Shown in pieces: positions 1 through 12,925 of a stretch of DNA of 55,616 bases. The notes beneath the pieces were generated by a model, which saw only the letters and a list, made by a program, of their open reading frames with translations, did not search any database and was not told the origin of the DNA. This DNA comes from Octopus bimaculoides. Taxonomy: Eukaryota. A program made the translations under genes and the position numbers. Each line of letters opens with the position of its first letter. The first letter of the stretch is position 1. Location of the stretch: NCBI RefSeq assembly GCF_001194135.2, contig NC_068986.1, positions 1,740,014-1,795,629 of the forward strand, read 5' to 3'.

Positions 1-10
1 TATATATATA

Positions 11-41
<31 letters not shown>

Positions 42-509
42 AGATATAGATATACGTGTGTATGTGTGTGTACACACATTCATATTATATGTGTGTAGAT
101 GTATATACATCAAAAGAACCAGAAAGGCTTTTCATTTGATTTTCTCAAATATTGATGTCGATATTGTCCACCAATAAACACAATATTTCAAGTCTGAAGC
201 AATATCTTACAATTTTCAATGTACCCATAACTTGATGCAACATCTAATAAACAGTTCCAATAAAAGCATCTCCAGAACCTTTACAATAATTGTAGAGATA
301 CAGTAGATTCTATGAAATGATCCATAAAGACTGTATCAATGAAATATCTATAGTATGTTACGATCGAGGTAATACATAGTATCAATAAAAGCAAATTAGT
401 AGTCATTAGGAGAGTTGGATAGTATGCCATGCAATGTTTATATTAAATTCTCTACACTTTAAGTTCAAATCTCACCAAGGTCAGCTTTGCTTTGCTGAAA
501 TAAACGTAC

Positions 510-776
510 CAATTTGGGACACTGTATCAGTGGAACCCTTAGAGTACTGGATGGGTTGTTTTGTGTTATCAGTTCCAATTCACTGCATTTTGAAGGCAAT
601 ATCACTGGTGCCAGGTTGTATCAACCTTGCCTTTCCTTTGATGAAAATCAGTGGCATGGAGAAGGGACATTTGCATGCATGGACAACAGCTGACCTTGTG
701 AAATAAACTTTGTTCAGGCCTACACATTTGAAAAGAACTCTGACCAATGAAAACTTCGGTGTGAATTAAAAATCGT
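510..776 (-). other. Candidate 267-nt non-coding exon
   Basis: Long T-rich tract ending TTTACAG|A at 777; donor TTG|GTACGT at 509; stops in all three frames. Confidence 0.3.
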
Positions 777-1384
777 CTGTAAATTTAATAAAAACATAAT
801 AAAATGCAACATAACAATAAATAATAACAATGGGTGCTCCAGTATGACTGCAGCTTTGAAGCTGAAACATTTTAAAGAATTTAAAGAATATGTTTCACAT
901 CTGCTAAGTAACTGTGTTATGAGAAAGATAAACTTCAACTATATAGAAAAAGTGTATCACTCTTGTATAAAATCTCCTGATTGACCCCTAATTATTATTA
1001 TTATGTCCATGAACAATGCAGAGGAACCAGCTCTATTCTAGTTATGTGAAACATGTCATACAGGATAGTGACAATGAGTAGAAACATTAATGAAACAGCA
1101 CAAATACATTTTACATAACCATGAAATTTCCTACATCAGCTGCCAATTGGATATCCTATTGATTTTGATATCTTAAGACAGGATCACTACTACTGATGGT
1201 GTCAAACAGTATTATAAAGTAAACACTTGTATTGTTTTGGAATATACAATCATATCTGGATTTGTACCTGGAATACAAATCATAAATATACAGATTAAAA
1301 ATGCTAATATATAAGATGGAAATTAAAACATAAAATATAAATAAAACTTAAGAAGCATACCTTGATTAAAAAAGGCAAAACATG

Positions 1385-1430
<46 letters not shown>

Positions 1431-3899
1431 GTTCATACACATTCATATAGTATATGGTGGTTTCACACTTGTGTGAATTGCAATTAAATGAAATAAGTAC
1501 TCAATACTTTATATAAAGTGGTATAATATTATTTATTCAAATCTCAGTTTTCATGAGTCACTACTCAGAGTTTCTTATTTCAGGTCACATCAGAGACATT
1601 CCAGCCACGATTCTCTTGATTTGTTTTGTTTTTTTGTTTTTGTTTTTTGGGCTATCATAGATTACATTATTCAATGTATCCTATTTGTAAGATGTTAAGG
1701 TTTTGGTGGGGATCTGACCATTGTATCTGATGATTAAGTACCCGTTTATGGGCTCACTTATTGACCTTGCTAGAAATAGGTATTATGGTGAGGTACAACT
1801 GATTCCGTTAAGCAGTAGGAAGCCTTTATAATTAACAAGGCATTTGCTGATTTGAAGCGTTAAACCCAAATCGAACTCTGTGTATCGTATGAAGACTCAA
1901 TTCTGAAATCAATGGAGTTAATCACATATTGAATCATGGTGCCTGATTAGTATAAGTCAATCAAATGTAATTATCACATTTGTACATGATAAACATACAT
2001 TGATGATTGGTGATTGACTCTCTAATTAAGGTATCTAATAGAAGATAAAATAATTATAATTACACCACACTAGAGTAATTAATCTGGTCATAATTTCACT
2101 ACATTGAGTCTTCTAAATTGGTAAGTAAAACATCCATCAAAATTCTATCTGCAACTTTTGTAACAAAAAAATAAATAATAGCAACATTCTTGAATTCCTG
2201 ATTCATGAAAACTGTTTTGATTTTTAGATTAAAAGATTGAATATAGAATTTCTCAAAACCAGAGAACAACAGCGAATATACATTATCTGCTATCATTCTC
2301 AATAACTGCTCATTTGTACCATCACACCCCACTTTTTATAGTCCTTTACATACCTCTATATCTCTGTCTTCACCGCTCCTCCACATTGCTCATCACTTTG
2401 TTACTTTCTGACCTATTCTCCTTCCTGAGCCACTTCTGTATCGCTTACCTGACATCTCTCCATACTGGTGTTTCTCCTCAACCACACCTCCACCTTAGCT
2501 TATCACTCACTGCAGCCATATGCACCCCCATCTTTCACCATCTGCTACTCACCCCTCACCTCTATGAAACATCCACCTTCTCTTTCTCACCCATAATCAT
2601 TTGATGATGATGATGATGATGTTGTGTGTGTTTGTGTGTGTATGTGCGTGTGTGCATGTGTATGGGAGGGGAAAGATTTGAAAGCCACAACACAGGACAA
2701 TCAATGAGGGAGGATAATGACTCCAAATAAGAACAAATACAAGAACGGTCTCTGTTTCTCTTCTGCAAGCAGCTTCTGCAGTTGATGTTGCAGTAAAAGA
2801 TACCCAGTCCATGATATAAATCAACTGGTGGTAGGAAAGACATCCAGCATCATGCATCTGTTTCTCCATGCCGGCAATGGGAAAATAGATGCATGCTGAG
2901 GATGATGAATGTACAGTATGGTGGTTAAAGTTTGGAATGGAATAAATTAAAGAGAACTTCCAGAATTCAAAAGAAAAGCTTTCACAGATAAAGTATGGAA
3001 AAAATATTTAGGCTTATCTAATACAGGCAAGAAAATAAAAACAATTATTAAAATACTGTCAATGATGATTACAAGTTAGAAATCTGTGGATTAACTCTGG
3101 TGGTTCTGTGTCAGGAACAAATAATCCTAAAGAATAAGAATAAATGTATTTGTATTTGCCAAGGAAAAAAGAAAAAAATTATCAATATTTTGGACATAGG
3201 TTCTTTATCAAGATAGAGAAGAGAGAACAGAAAAGAAAAATATCCTTGTGGTGTCATGCATAAGTGATAGTAATGATAGATAAAGGAAGTAGGTAGTTGG
3301 GTGTGTGATTTCTGTTTATAGGATAGCTGTTGTTTAACCCCAGGGCAGTTCTGATTGAGCAGAGCTATGATCAAAACCATTCTATATTTTTTCAAGGTGC
3401 AAGGAACCCAGAGCCACATTACCATTCTTTCCAACATACAAGTCAAATTTTTCACATCAAAGATTACAACTGAAAAAGATAGGACAAATATATCACTCTA
3501 CTACTGCACCTCAATACACCAGGATACAACACATGCAACAAAATATAAAAAAAACAAGTCGTGATTTTTTGGCTGATAAGGTCAGAGTAACAGCTGAAAC
3601 ATGCACAGAATTGTCTGCCATACTTGCTAGAAAAATGAAAATAATATTAATGATTGAATAATATTTTCGTTCAAATCCTTTTTTCTTATTAATGTTTCGA
3701 AAGCTGAATGCATTAGCTGTGTTAACCTTTCAAATGTAGATAACCACACTAATGTAAAACTCTTCATATCATGTTTCATTAAGTAAATAAAATTATCATA
3801 AATAAAAGCTGTTTATTAACATGTCATATCAAAATTCATGAATTCCTTAAAGTACAATATCCAACAGTGTTCTCTTGTCCTGACGGTAGCATTACTTAC

Positions 3900-4119
3900 A
3901 CGTGCAGTCGAAATCTTTCTGATTAAAGACTCTGTTCAGTTTGATTTCTTTTTTCCATCAATTCTACAATAAATTACTCTATTGTGAAGAAAACTAATTC
4001 TTTGACAATTCCATGGGTGTTCATAACTTCATTCCAGTTACTGTGATGTTAAGCAGATGTTCACTTGCAGTTATTCAAGATGAATATGAATGGTATCAAT
4101 ATCACTGGCTGTGAATGGC
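3900..4119 (-). other. Candidate 220-nt non-coding exon
   Basis: Acceptor TATTTATCTTTCACAG|G at 4120; donor CGT|GTAAGT at 3899; stops in all three frames. Confidence 0.35.
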
Positions 4120-4289
4120 CTGTGAAAGATAAATACTGACTCAGACTCAGTAAATTTAAAAGAAAACTTCCAGGGTTGTACTTGCCAGGCTTATGATTTG
4201 ATCTGAGACCATGTGCTGGAACTAAAACAAATACAGTGTGGAAGACATATATTAACCGTTCAAAAGCATGTCAAGTTTGTTAACTTTAC

Positions 4290-4498
4290 TTAACCCTGAA
4301 GTATTTAAATAGGCCATATCTGCCTAAATATTCCACCTACTTCATGTTCAAACTAGCAAGTTTCTGCCTCTCACACCTATTCAACAATTTCATTCAAAAG
4401 CAATCAATGAAATCTCTAATCTACAAGATAATGCATGATTAAGCATAAATATATGTGAATGAATAAACATTATATTTGACAGAATATTAAAGGGTTAT
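4290..4498. mobile_element. piggyBac-like MITE (second family; related fragment ~31150-31290)
   Basis: TTAA|CCCT at 4290 and AAAGGG|TTAT at 4489-4498. Confidence 0.5.
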
Positions 4499-4739
4499 TT
4501 CGTGTCAAATTTTTTATCATTAAAACTGTGACCTGGTCACCGACAAGATTACACTGTAATTACAAAGGTAATGAAAATAAATACATTGGATTGAGATATT
4601 GGGTTGTATTGACTAATTAAGAATAGTTTCTGATACATTCTAGAGTGTTCTTCATATGTTTGAATTAGAAACAAGAACTTTGAGGAGGGGGTCTTGTAGT
4701 ATCTTATGGTGTGAGGGGAGGGACTTAATCCATATTTTT

Positions 4740-4782
<43 letters not shown>

Positions 4783-4792
4783 NNNNNNNNNN

Positions 4793-4838
<46 letters not shown>

Positions 4839-5899
4839 TATTCACTTACAATAGACTAGCGTCCTTACATAGTGTGTATATCCCAGTTTTAGAATAGGTA
4901 CACTTTGTTTTTGTATGTCTGCTGTAAGAGACAACTAAAAAGGATGGCCACTGGATAAGTATGACAATAAAATATTGTTTCAGAAAACCTACCCAACACA
5001 TAACAGCATAGAAAAAGCAACCATGATGATGATAATGATGATGATGATGGGGTGAGGATGAAGGCAGCAAGAAGGGTGGTGGCAGTGGTAGTGGTGGTGG
5101 CAGTGGCAGCAGTGTGGCGGTGATGACAGTGGTGGTGGTGATTAGAATGATGACGTGGGTGATACTGACAGGAGAATCCTTAAGTTTGTTCCCTGCTTAA
5201 TTACTTGAAAACCAGAACTGAAAAGCAGCACTTGAAATTCTTAGAATTCATGAAAACATAAATATATTACATATATGATGCTAGTTTAACTCTAGAGACA
5301 TTTCAAAACACATTTTTTAAGGGCTTAATTAGAGTAGGAAGGCCAGCATCTAGAATCCCTTAAGGATCTCCAAGATTAGGAGGAGTAAGAGAGAATGTTA
5401 TCTTCAGACTGGATACCTAATTTGAATTAAAGAGTGGTGCCAGAGTGAACTTGTATGGTTAAGAATGCTACCTAAGTGAAAAGAAGAATAGAATAAAGAT
5501 GAAATAAGGGATGCTATACAGGTGACATTAAACAGGGAATAAAGAATTAAGTGTACCATCAAAATACTTAATAAAATGTCTGCTGTTGATTTGAACTGAA
5601 GTCATAAACATTGGTAAAATCTAGAATTTAAGGAAACTGGTGATGGTCTATGTTGGTAATAATTAGTTTCTATAAGACTACTTCTTTTTGTTTTACTTGC
5701 CTACTATTTTTAGAGGTGATAAGAAGAGTGAACTTTGAGGGAACATCATCTAGAGCAGCAGATCTTTATAGGGTACATTCTACATCTGCCTGAATATAAA
5801 CGATTATAGCAAAGGACAAGCAAATGCAGACAATTTGTTACCCAATGTCTCACAGAGGATAGATATTAGCAATGTAGTGGTCATAAACATTTCAACAAA

Positions 5900-6255
5900 A
5901 TAACCAGGACAGAAGAGATGACAGAGAACCAAGATTTGTGGAGAATTGCTGAACTCAAGAAGACCCCACTCACCACAACAAAATTAAGATCCTAAAACCA
6001 AGGTGCCAAGTACAAAGCACTGGTGTGGGTGCTGGTGCCATGTAAAAAGAATTGGTGATGATGGCATGTAAAAAACATCCAGTACACTTTGTGGAGTGGT
6101 TGGCATTAAGAAGGGCATCCAGTTGTATATACCAGGTCAAAACAAACTATGAAATCTGGTGCGGTATCTGGCTTTGCCAGTTCCTGTAAAGCTGCCCAAA
6201 GCATGCCAGCATAGAAAATAGACATTAAATGTTGACGACGATGATGATGATGATG
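5900..6255 (+). mobile_element. RTE LINE 3' fragment (ORF C-terminus plus 3' UTR)
   Basis: EEMTENQDLWRIAELKKT-like C-terminus, then the shared 3' UTR (GGTTGGCATTAAGAAGGGCATCCAG...) and a GATGATGAT tail. Confidence 0.75.
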
Positions 6256-6454
6256 AACAGGGATAAAAGAAGAGTATTGTAGTTTGCTTGAAGCATTGTG
6301 ATAAAGAAATAAAATAACAAAAACTCTACGTTTCTGATGATGAGCCTTTCTGCCTGAAATATATAAAAAGGTTACTCAACTTTCCTTTTTCACATTGTTA
6401 GAAACTAAAATAATCATTTCATCACTGGTCAAATGGAATAATTATTCTGCTCAC

Positions 6455-6678
6455 TTAACCCTTTTGATACCAACATGCCTGAAACTGCTCTTGGACACAA
6501 ATTTTCTATTTTAAAGTGAACTAAATTAAAACCTACCATCAAAACACATGTTCAAATTATGTTCCAAACACCAAATGACAATGATGACAAAATTGTTTAA
6601 CTAAATTCGTCATTATTTTCAAAATTAACTTAAACAAAATAGTATATTTCAATAGAAATATGGTAATAAATGAGTTAA
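6455..6678. mobile_element. piggyBac-like MITE
   Basis: TTAA|CCCTTT at 6455 and ATGAG|TTAA at 6675-6678 (decayed AAGGG). Confidence 0.5.
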
Positions 6679-7223
6679 AGCAATTTGCTCCAAATAACTA
6701 AGTTGTTTCTTAACCATCTTGAATTCTGATGAGAGATTCTCCAACAACCAGCCATCAGCGTTTTCTCATAAGTCTCATGAGACATCATTTAAAATATATT
6801 CCTTTGATGAATAAATGATAGAAATATGCATTATTTATTTTCAGTCAAACAGTTGACAACTAGACTTTCATAATCAGACTCTTCTCAGAAATATAGTTTG
6901 ATTATGGTTTAGGTCAATTCATACACTGAGTGTAGCCATGTTAGAGAACAACATTCAAGGGTTTTGGTTAATTACAATGACCCTAGTACTCTGTCTGGTA
7001 TTTATCTGATCAAATTTCTAAAGAAGTAAAGAAATAAAAAAACATATACCTTGAATGGAACAAAATAGCATAAAATATTGATGAGTAAAGTACTTATATT
7101 TACATGACAACTTGAGGTTTCACCAACACATGGCTCATCAGGTAATGTGACAGATATTCTGTGGTTTCACTTTGTATAGTAAGATATATAATATCAATTT
7201 TTATTTATCAGAAGGTTAAGTTA

Positions 7224-7323
7224 CACTGTGAGATAAAGGGATGCAATACTATCCAATGTTTTAAAATAATATATTGTTAAAAATTGAATATAATTCAGAA
7301 TTGCATCCTTTTATGTCAAAATA
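7224..7323. mobile_element. 100-bp foldback MITE flanked by TA
   Basis: TGAGATAAAGGGATGCAAT (7229-7247) versus ATTGCATCCTTTTATGTCA (7300-7318): 17/19 inverted match. Confidence 0.5.
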
Positions 7324-7496
7324 TAACTTAGGCACTTCATAAAAATAAATTCATAAAATAAATATCAAACTAAAATAATTATTGAGTTTGGTATGTTTGA
7401 CCCAAAACCTTTGAAGGTAGTTCCCCAAATGTCTCACAGTCTGATGAAAGCAGTTAAAGAATAACAGTTGTAAGTTCATATTGAACCTATGTTCTA

Positions 7497-7712
7497 TCTT
7501 TTACTTGTTTCAGTTATAGGATTGTGGCCATGCTGGGGCACCACCTTGAAGGAGTTTAGTTGAACAAATCAACCCTAGTATTTATGTTTTTCCTTTATAT
7601 CTGGTTCTTATTCTATTAGTCTCTTTTGCTGAACAGCTAAATTTTGGGAACATAAACAAATGAACACTAGTTGTCAGGTAGTGGTAGAGGACAAACATAA
7701 ATACAAAGTCAC
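7497..7712 (-). mobile_element. SINE family S1, 3' half only
   Basis: TTACTTGTTTCAG...GGCCATGCTGGGGCACCACCTTGAAGG...GGACAAAC, then (CA)n. Confidence 0.85.
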
Positions 7713-7773
<61 letters not shown>

Positions 7774-7864
7774 ATGCTGAATTATGGGAGCTTAAATAAA
7801 CGAGTATCAGCTGACAAACACTAACACAAAGTTACATACACACACACACATGCACACACACAAT

Positions 7865-8190
7865 GGGCTTCCACCTACCATGGCACACCATTGGTTACAA
7901 TGATGAGGGCTCCAGTTCATCTGGCCAATGGAACAGCCTGCTCATAAAATTACCATGCAAGTGGTTGAGTACTCCACAGACGCATGTACCCTTAACATAG
8001 TTCTCAGCATGACACAATGTGAAAAGGCTGGCCTTTGAAATACAGTTACGACTCGTTTTTACCAGCTGACGGAACTGAAGCAACATGAAATAAAGTAGCT
8101 TATTCAAGGACATAACACGGCACCAAATATCAAACTTGTGACCTTATGATCATGAACCAAATGCCCAAACTATGAAGCCACGTGCCTTCA
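7865..8190 (-). mobile_element. tRNA-derived SINE (family S3)
   Basis: Minus head GTGAAGGCACGTGGCTTC..., core TGTCCTTGAATAAGCTACTTTATTTC, tail TATTTCAAAGGCCAGCC...GTAACCAATGGTGTGCC. Confidence 0.75.
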
Positions 8191-8380
8191 CTGCAATATG
8201 GAAATACTGCATTCATATCTGATAACACAGCTTTACAAAGATAAATTACGAAGATTGCTGATGCTGTTTGTTGTCATTTTGTTGTTGTAATAGCTGTTAC
8301 TATTTCTGCAGCCACCAACAGCCTTGATGTAGTATCAGGAAGAACAGATATTTTGATAAATGGTTATTGCCTTTTGATAG

Positions 8381-8580
8381 ATGGTATACAAATGGTACTG
8401 AACTGTACAGTTTTCTCAGGTGTAAAGCTTGATATATGAATAAATAGAATGCAAAACATTTAAATTTTCTAGTAAACAGAAATTGCCATTAAATAGAAAT
8501 CTATAAATTATCAACACAAATTCCACCATTTCTACCATGACAGCAATATTAATGCTAACAGTATTTATAATCCTACATGT
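8381..8580. repeat. Left arm of a ~200-bp inverted duplication (partner 11748-12100)
   Basis: Reverse complement aligns to 11748-11897 plus 12055-12100 with about 10 substitutions by my count. Confidence 0.95.
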
Positions 8581-9134
8581 CCTCTGACATCTAGAATTAT
8601 ATTTCTTGGCCACAGATGTGTTGATTGAACAGTTAAAGGATGATAGCATGATCATGTGGTTAGGTGCTTTGACTATAAACCATGTGGTTTTAGGTTTGAT
8701 TCCACTGCACAGCATCTTGGACAAGTATCTTCCATTCTAGATTCATGGATCACGAATGGCTTCTGAGTGAAATCTTTTTGTTAGACAGAAACTGTACAGA
8801 AGCCAGTTGCGTGTGTTTGTGTGTGTGTACACATTGGGTCATGCTATACATTATATATACATATACATGTGTGTGGTATCAAATGAAGAGAGGCGGTGAG
8901 GTGGGTGTCAGACAAAAAGAAGAGGTGAATTGAGTCCATGTTGTGCAAAGGGGCGAAGAGAGAAGATTAATTACGGTGAAGGCGGGAGCCTAGATGGCCC
9001 CATAGTAAAAACAGTCTAGACATAGACAGATGTTGTAGTGAATGACTGGTAGAGAGGAAATGGTGTGAGACCAGGGTGTCATTGCAAAGTCTGATGTATT
9101 GGAGGTGCTCCACGGATTGGTCAAGCCAGCGGTA

Positions 9135-9310
9135 TTTCAAAGGGCCAGCCTTGACACACTCTGTGTCACGCTGAATCTCCCTGAGAACTATGTTAATAGT
9201 ACATGTGTCTGTGGAGTGCTCAGCCACTTGCACGTTAATTTCACAAGCAAGCTGTTCTGTTGATTGGATCAACTGGAACCCTCATTGTCATAACCAACGG
9301 AGTGTCAACA
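9135..9310 (+). mobile_element. SINE family S3, 3' part
   Basis: TATTTCAAAGGGCCAGCCTTGACACAC...GTCATAACCAACGGAGTGTCAACAAC; inverted relative to 7865-8045. Confidence 0.8.
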
Positions 9311-9689
9311 ACTTATATATATATTGTTATAGTGTTATTAATTCATACAAGCAATGATATAGAAAACAATAAATGAAATTGAAAATGCACAAAGTGTACT
9401 ATGTGAAAAATTTTTTTTATTAAAATTAATACAATTACCTGATTTCACATTTGTATGATTTTCAAAAGTGTATTGTTCCTGATACAGTTTGTGATATGGC
9501 TCCACATTCCTCAAAGCTACTCTTTTAAAAATCATACAAATGTGGAACTAGTTTAGTGTATAAATTTTAATGAAAATAAATCTCCATATACACACTCTTC
9601 AATTTCATTCATATTATATATACAAATATATATGTATATATACATATAATCCTTAAACATTTCTTTTTCTCTCTCCATTTTTTTTCCTC

Positions 9690-9812
9690 TTGGTCCTTTC
9701 AGTTGAGGAGCGTAGGCTCGAAATGTCAAAAACTTTTCCACTCTTCCTAACTAATACACCTGCTTGTTGTTCCCTCAGTTGTTTTTGTCTTTTGCTTTCT
9801 GTAAATCTGAAC
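9690..9812 (+). mobile_element. Short element with a minimal hammerhead-like motif (subfamily A)
   Basis: 9697-9730: TTT CAGTTGA G GAGC gtag GCTC GAAA T GTC AAA; 3' end abuts (CA)n. Confidence 0.7.
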
Positions 9813-9869
9813 AACACACACACACACACACACATATATATACACACAATCCTACTATATATATATATT

Positions 9870-9903
<34 letters not shown>

Positions 9904-10065
9904 CATATACACACATACATGCACGCATACATACATGTATACATACATGCATGCATGCATGCATGCATGCATGCATGCATGCATACATACATACATTCAT
10001 ACATACATTCATACATACATTCATACATACATTCATACATACATTCATACATACATACATACATA
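9813..10065. repeat. Compound microsatellite (CA, TA, ATGC, ATAC/ATTC)
   Basis: Directly visible; it is the source of the overlapping ORF-track entries. Confidence 0.95.
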
Positions 10066-11325
10066 TTGTGGACCTATTACATATAAAATAACTGTTATAT
10101 ATTAAACTAGTACAGATATCATAAAGTTAGTGAATTGACTGAATCCATGAAGTGCCACACCAGATGTATTTAGTTGATTTTCTCCCTGTCTTGGGTTCAA
10201 ACTCCATTGAACCACTTTATTTAATGAGCTAAATACCCTTTTGCTCAATCAAACACCCACTGGGCTGATAGTAAGGCTTCTATCATATTTTGATCAAAAA
10301 ACTCTTTCACCCACTTCGGGAATGACTTGGATAATGAGTTTTTGCCAATTATAATTAGCACAAGTAAATTAATAAAGCATAACATTTTTTGAGATGTAAC
10401 AAAGTTAATTAAAAGTAATATTCATGTCAATTTAAAAGAAATTTATATATGTTGTATAATTAATAACTGTGTTTTCATGCTAAAATGGTTTGAGTGTTAA
10501 TTTAACTCATAGACAAATGCCTCTGACTCTAGAATTCACTGAATGGTTCTATTGCATTCCATTTTAATTATGTTAACCATTGTATTCCATTTTAATTATC
10601 CATACACCTGGTAAATAGTAACTAGTTTCCCTGGCAAGTTAATTTAGCAAGGAATTGTTTGTTTGCTACTTTTGTTTTTTGCATTACCCTTTTTCTAATG
10701 GGTACCAGTGGGGGGGGGGGGNNNNNNNNNNNNNNNNNNNNNNNNNNNNNNNNNNNNNNNNNNNNNNNNNNNNNNNNNNNNNNNNGGGGGGGGGGGGAGA
10801 GAGAGAGAGAGAGAGGGAGAGAGAGAGAGAGAGAGAGACAATGTGTGTATGTGTGCATGTATTTGTGTGAGTGAATGTGTGTGTATGTGTAAGTCAGTGA
10901 TAGGATGTATAGAGTTGAGTGTATGCACATGCAAGTATGTGAGTTTGTGTGTGTGTGAATGAATGTGTGTGTGTGTTTGGATGATTGGATAAATGTGTGT
11001 GTGTGTGGATGAATGTGTGTGTCGTGTTGGCAGTAATATATAGGTATATAGGGTGTTGCAGATAGATTACTACTGATACAATGGCAGTGTACTTCAGCAA
11101 GTGTGAAATGTTACCCACAATTGAGCTGAGATTTGGGGATCTACTGGGCCATGCCAGTCTAGTGTATCATAGTAGAGAAGAGAAGTGAATGAAATCGATT
11201 CCATACCTGACTGGTTCTTGTTTTATTGACTTCACAAGAATGAAAAGCAAAGTTGATCCCTGCTTGATTTGAACTGAGAAGGCAACACACCTATGAGTGA
11301 GAAATATAATTCTAGAAGTTAGAGG

Positions 11326-11747
11326 ACATCATCATCATCAGCAGCAGCAGCAGCAACATCGTTGTTTAACGTCTGCTTTCCATGCTGGCATGGGTTGGAC
11401 GGTTTGACAGAGGACTGGCAAGCCAGAAGGCTGCACCAGGCTCCAATCTGATCTAGCAAGGTTTCTACAGCTGGATGACCTTCCTAATGCCAACCACTCC
11501 AAGAGTGTAGTGGATGCTTTTTACATGCCACTGGCACGAGGGCCAGTCAGGTGGCACTGGCATCGACCACACTTGAATGGTGCTTTTTATGTGCCACCTG
11601 CACAGGAGCCAGTCAGGCAGCACTTGCAACGACCATGCTCGAATGGTACCTTTTATGTACCACCAGCACGGGAGCCAGTCAGGTGACACTGGCAACAGCC
11701 ACACTCGAACAGTGCTTTTTACGTGCCACCAGCACGAGACCAGTCAG
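11326..11747 (-). mobile_element. RTE 3' UTR copy with internal 66-bp tandem repeats
   Basis: (CAT)n/(CAG)n tail, GTTTAACGTCTGCTTTCCATGCTGGCATGGGTTGGACGG block; repeat units start at 11515, 11581, 11647 and 11713. Confidence 0.88.
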
Positions 11748-11897
11748 ACATGTAGGATTATAAATATTGTTAGCATTAATATTGCTGTCATGGTAGAAAT
11801 GGTGGAATTTGTGTTGATAATTTACAGATTTCTATTTAATGGCAAGTTCTGTTTACTAGAAAATTTAAATGTCTCGTGTTCTATTTGTTCATATATT

Positions 11898-12054
11898 TGG
11901 CGTTAGGAAGGGCATCCAGCTGTAGAAACTCTGCCAAATCAGATTAGAGCCTGGTGTAGCTATCTGGTTTCACCAGTCCTCTGTCAAATCGTCCAACCCA
12001 TGCTAGCATGGAAAGCGGACGTTAAACGATGATGATGATGATGATGATTATGAT
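11898..12054 (+). mobile_element. Short RTE 3' UTR copy
   Basis: GGCGTTAGGAAGGGCATCCAGCTGTAGAAAC...GGAAAGCGGACGTTAAACGATGATGAT; reverse complement of the 28690-28845 block. Confidence 0.9.
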
Positions 12055-12619
12055 GTCAAGCTTTACACCTGAGGAAACTGTACAGTTCAGCACCATTTGT
12101 ATATAATCCATTGAAAGCTGAAACAAAACTCCAAATATTTTGATCATCTGCCTAAAACCCAAACCACTAAGCTATGTGCCTTCACTTAGAAAAAAAAAAC
12201 ATGCAAAAAAAAAAAGAACATAAAAAGGCTTCATTCAAGTGGTCTGAGTGCTATGTGTTGGTTGACCATGTCTGTTGTGTAATGTGAATCCATGCACTTC
12301 ATATAAATCAGGAGTCTTGGCAGACTGACCATTCTATCTGAGAGTTGCAAAATCACATCAAATTTGACAGTGGTGACCTGAAATTGGACCAAGCGGTCTT
12401 CATTCAGCCTCTTCATGAAATTGAGAGCATTAATCCAACCTGCTATGACAGCTGTTGATTAGCAAGGGATATATTTTGAAACTACTTCTAAAGTACTTTT
12501 AAGCTTTGAGAATGGCCATCATCTTTGTCTCTGTTATTCCTTCTGCAGTGATATGATATGTAAACGATCGAGTTGACAGTTTATCAACAGGAATAATGAA
12601 CAGCAGAGTGCAATAGATA

Positions 12620-12925
12620 ACAATCAGCATGAGTAATGATTGGTGCATAGAAGGAAGGAAGATTGATAGAGAGAAAAAGAGAGAGAGAGAGAAGACAGGT
12701 GAAAAAGGAGAGAGGCAAGGAGGGGGAGAGGGAGGAATGAAAAGAGGGAAGGTGGAAGAGAGGTTGGCAGGGAGAAAATGAAACAGAAGAGAGCAGAGGA
12801 GGGAGAGTGTAGGAAAGGGAGGGAGAGAGAAAGAGAGAAAGACAGAGGGAGAGAGAGAAGGTTGGGTCGAAAAGGGGAGAGAGAGAAGAGTGGACTGAAA
12901 AGGAAAGAGGGAGGGGAGAAAGAGA
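12620..12925. repeat. Degenerate polypurine (GA-rich) tract
   Basis: Directly visible. Confidence 0.85.

Noticed and set aside
100-1300. Possible decayed retroelement or coding exon (ORFs 434-706 and 720-938)
   Set aside because: No RT or other domain motif recovered in the frames I translated.
9553-10962. Many overlapping ORFs rich in H/T/Y/I/C/V (also 26034-26772, 28114-28592, 40978-41473)
   Set aside because: Translations of microsatellites.
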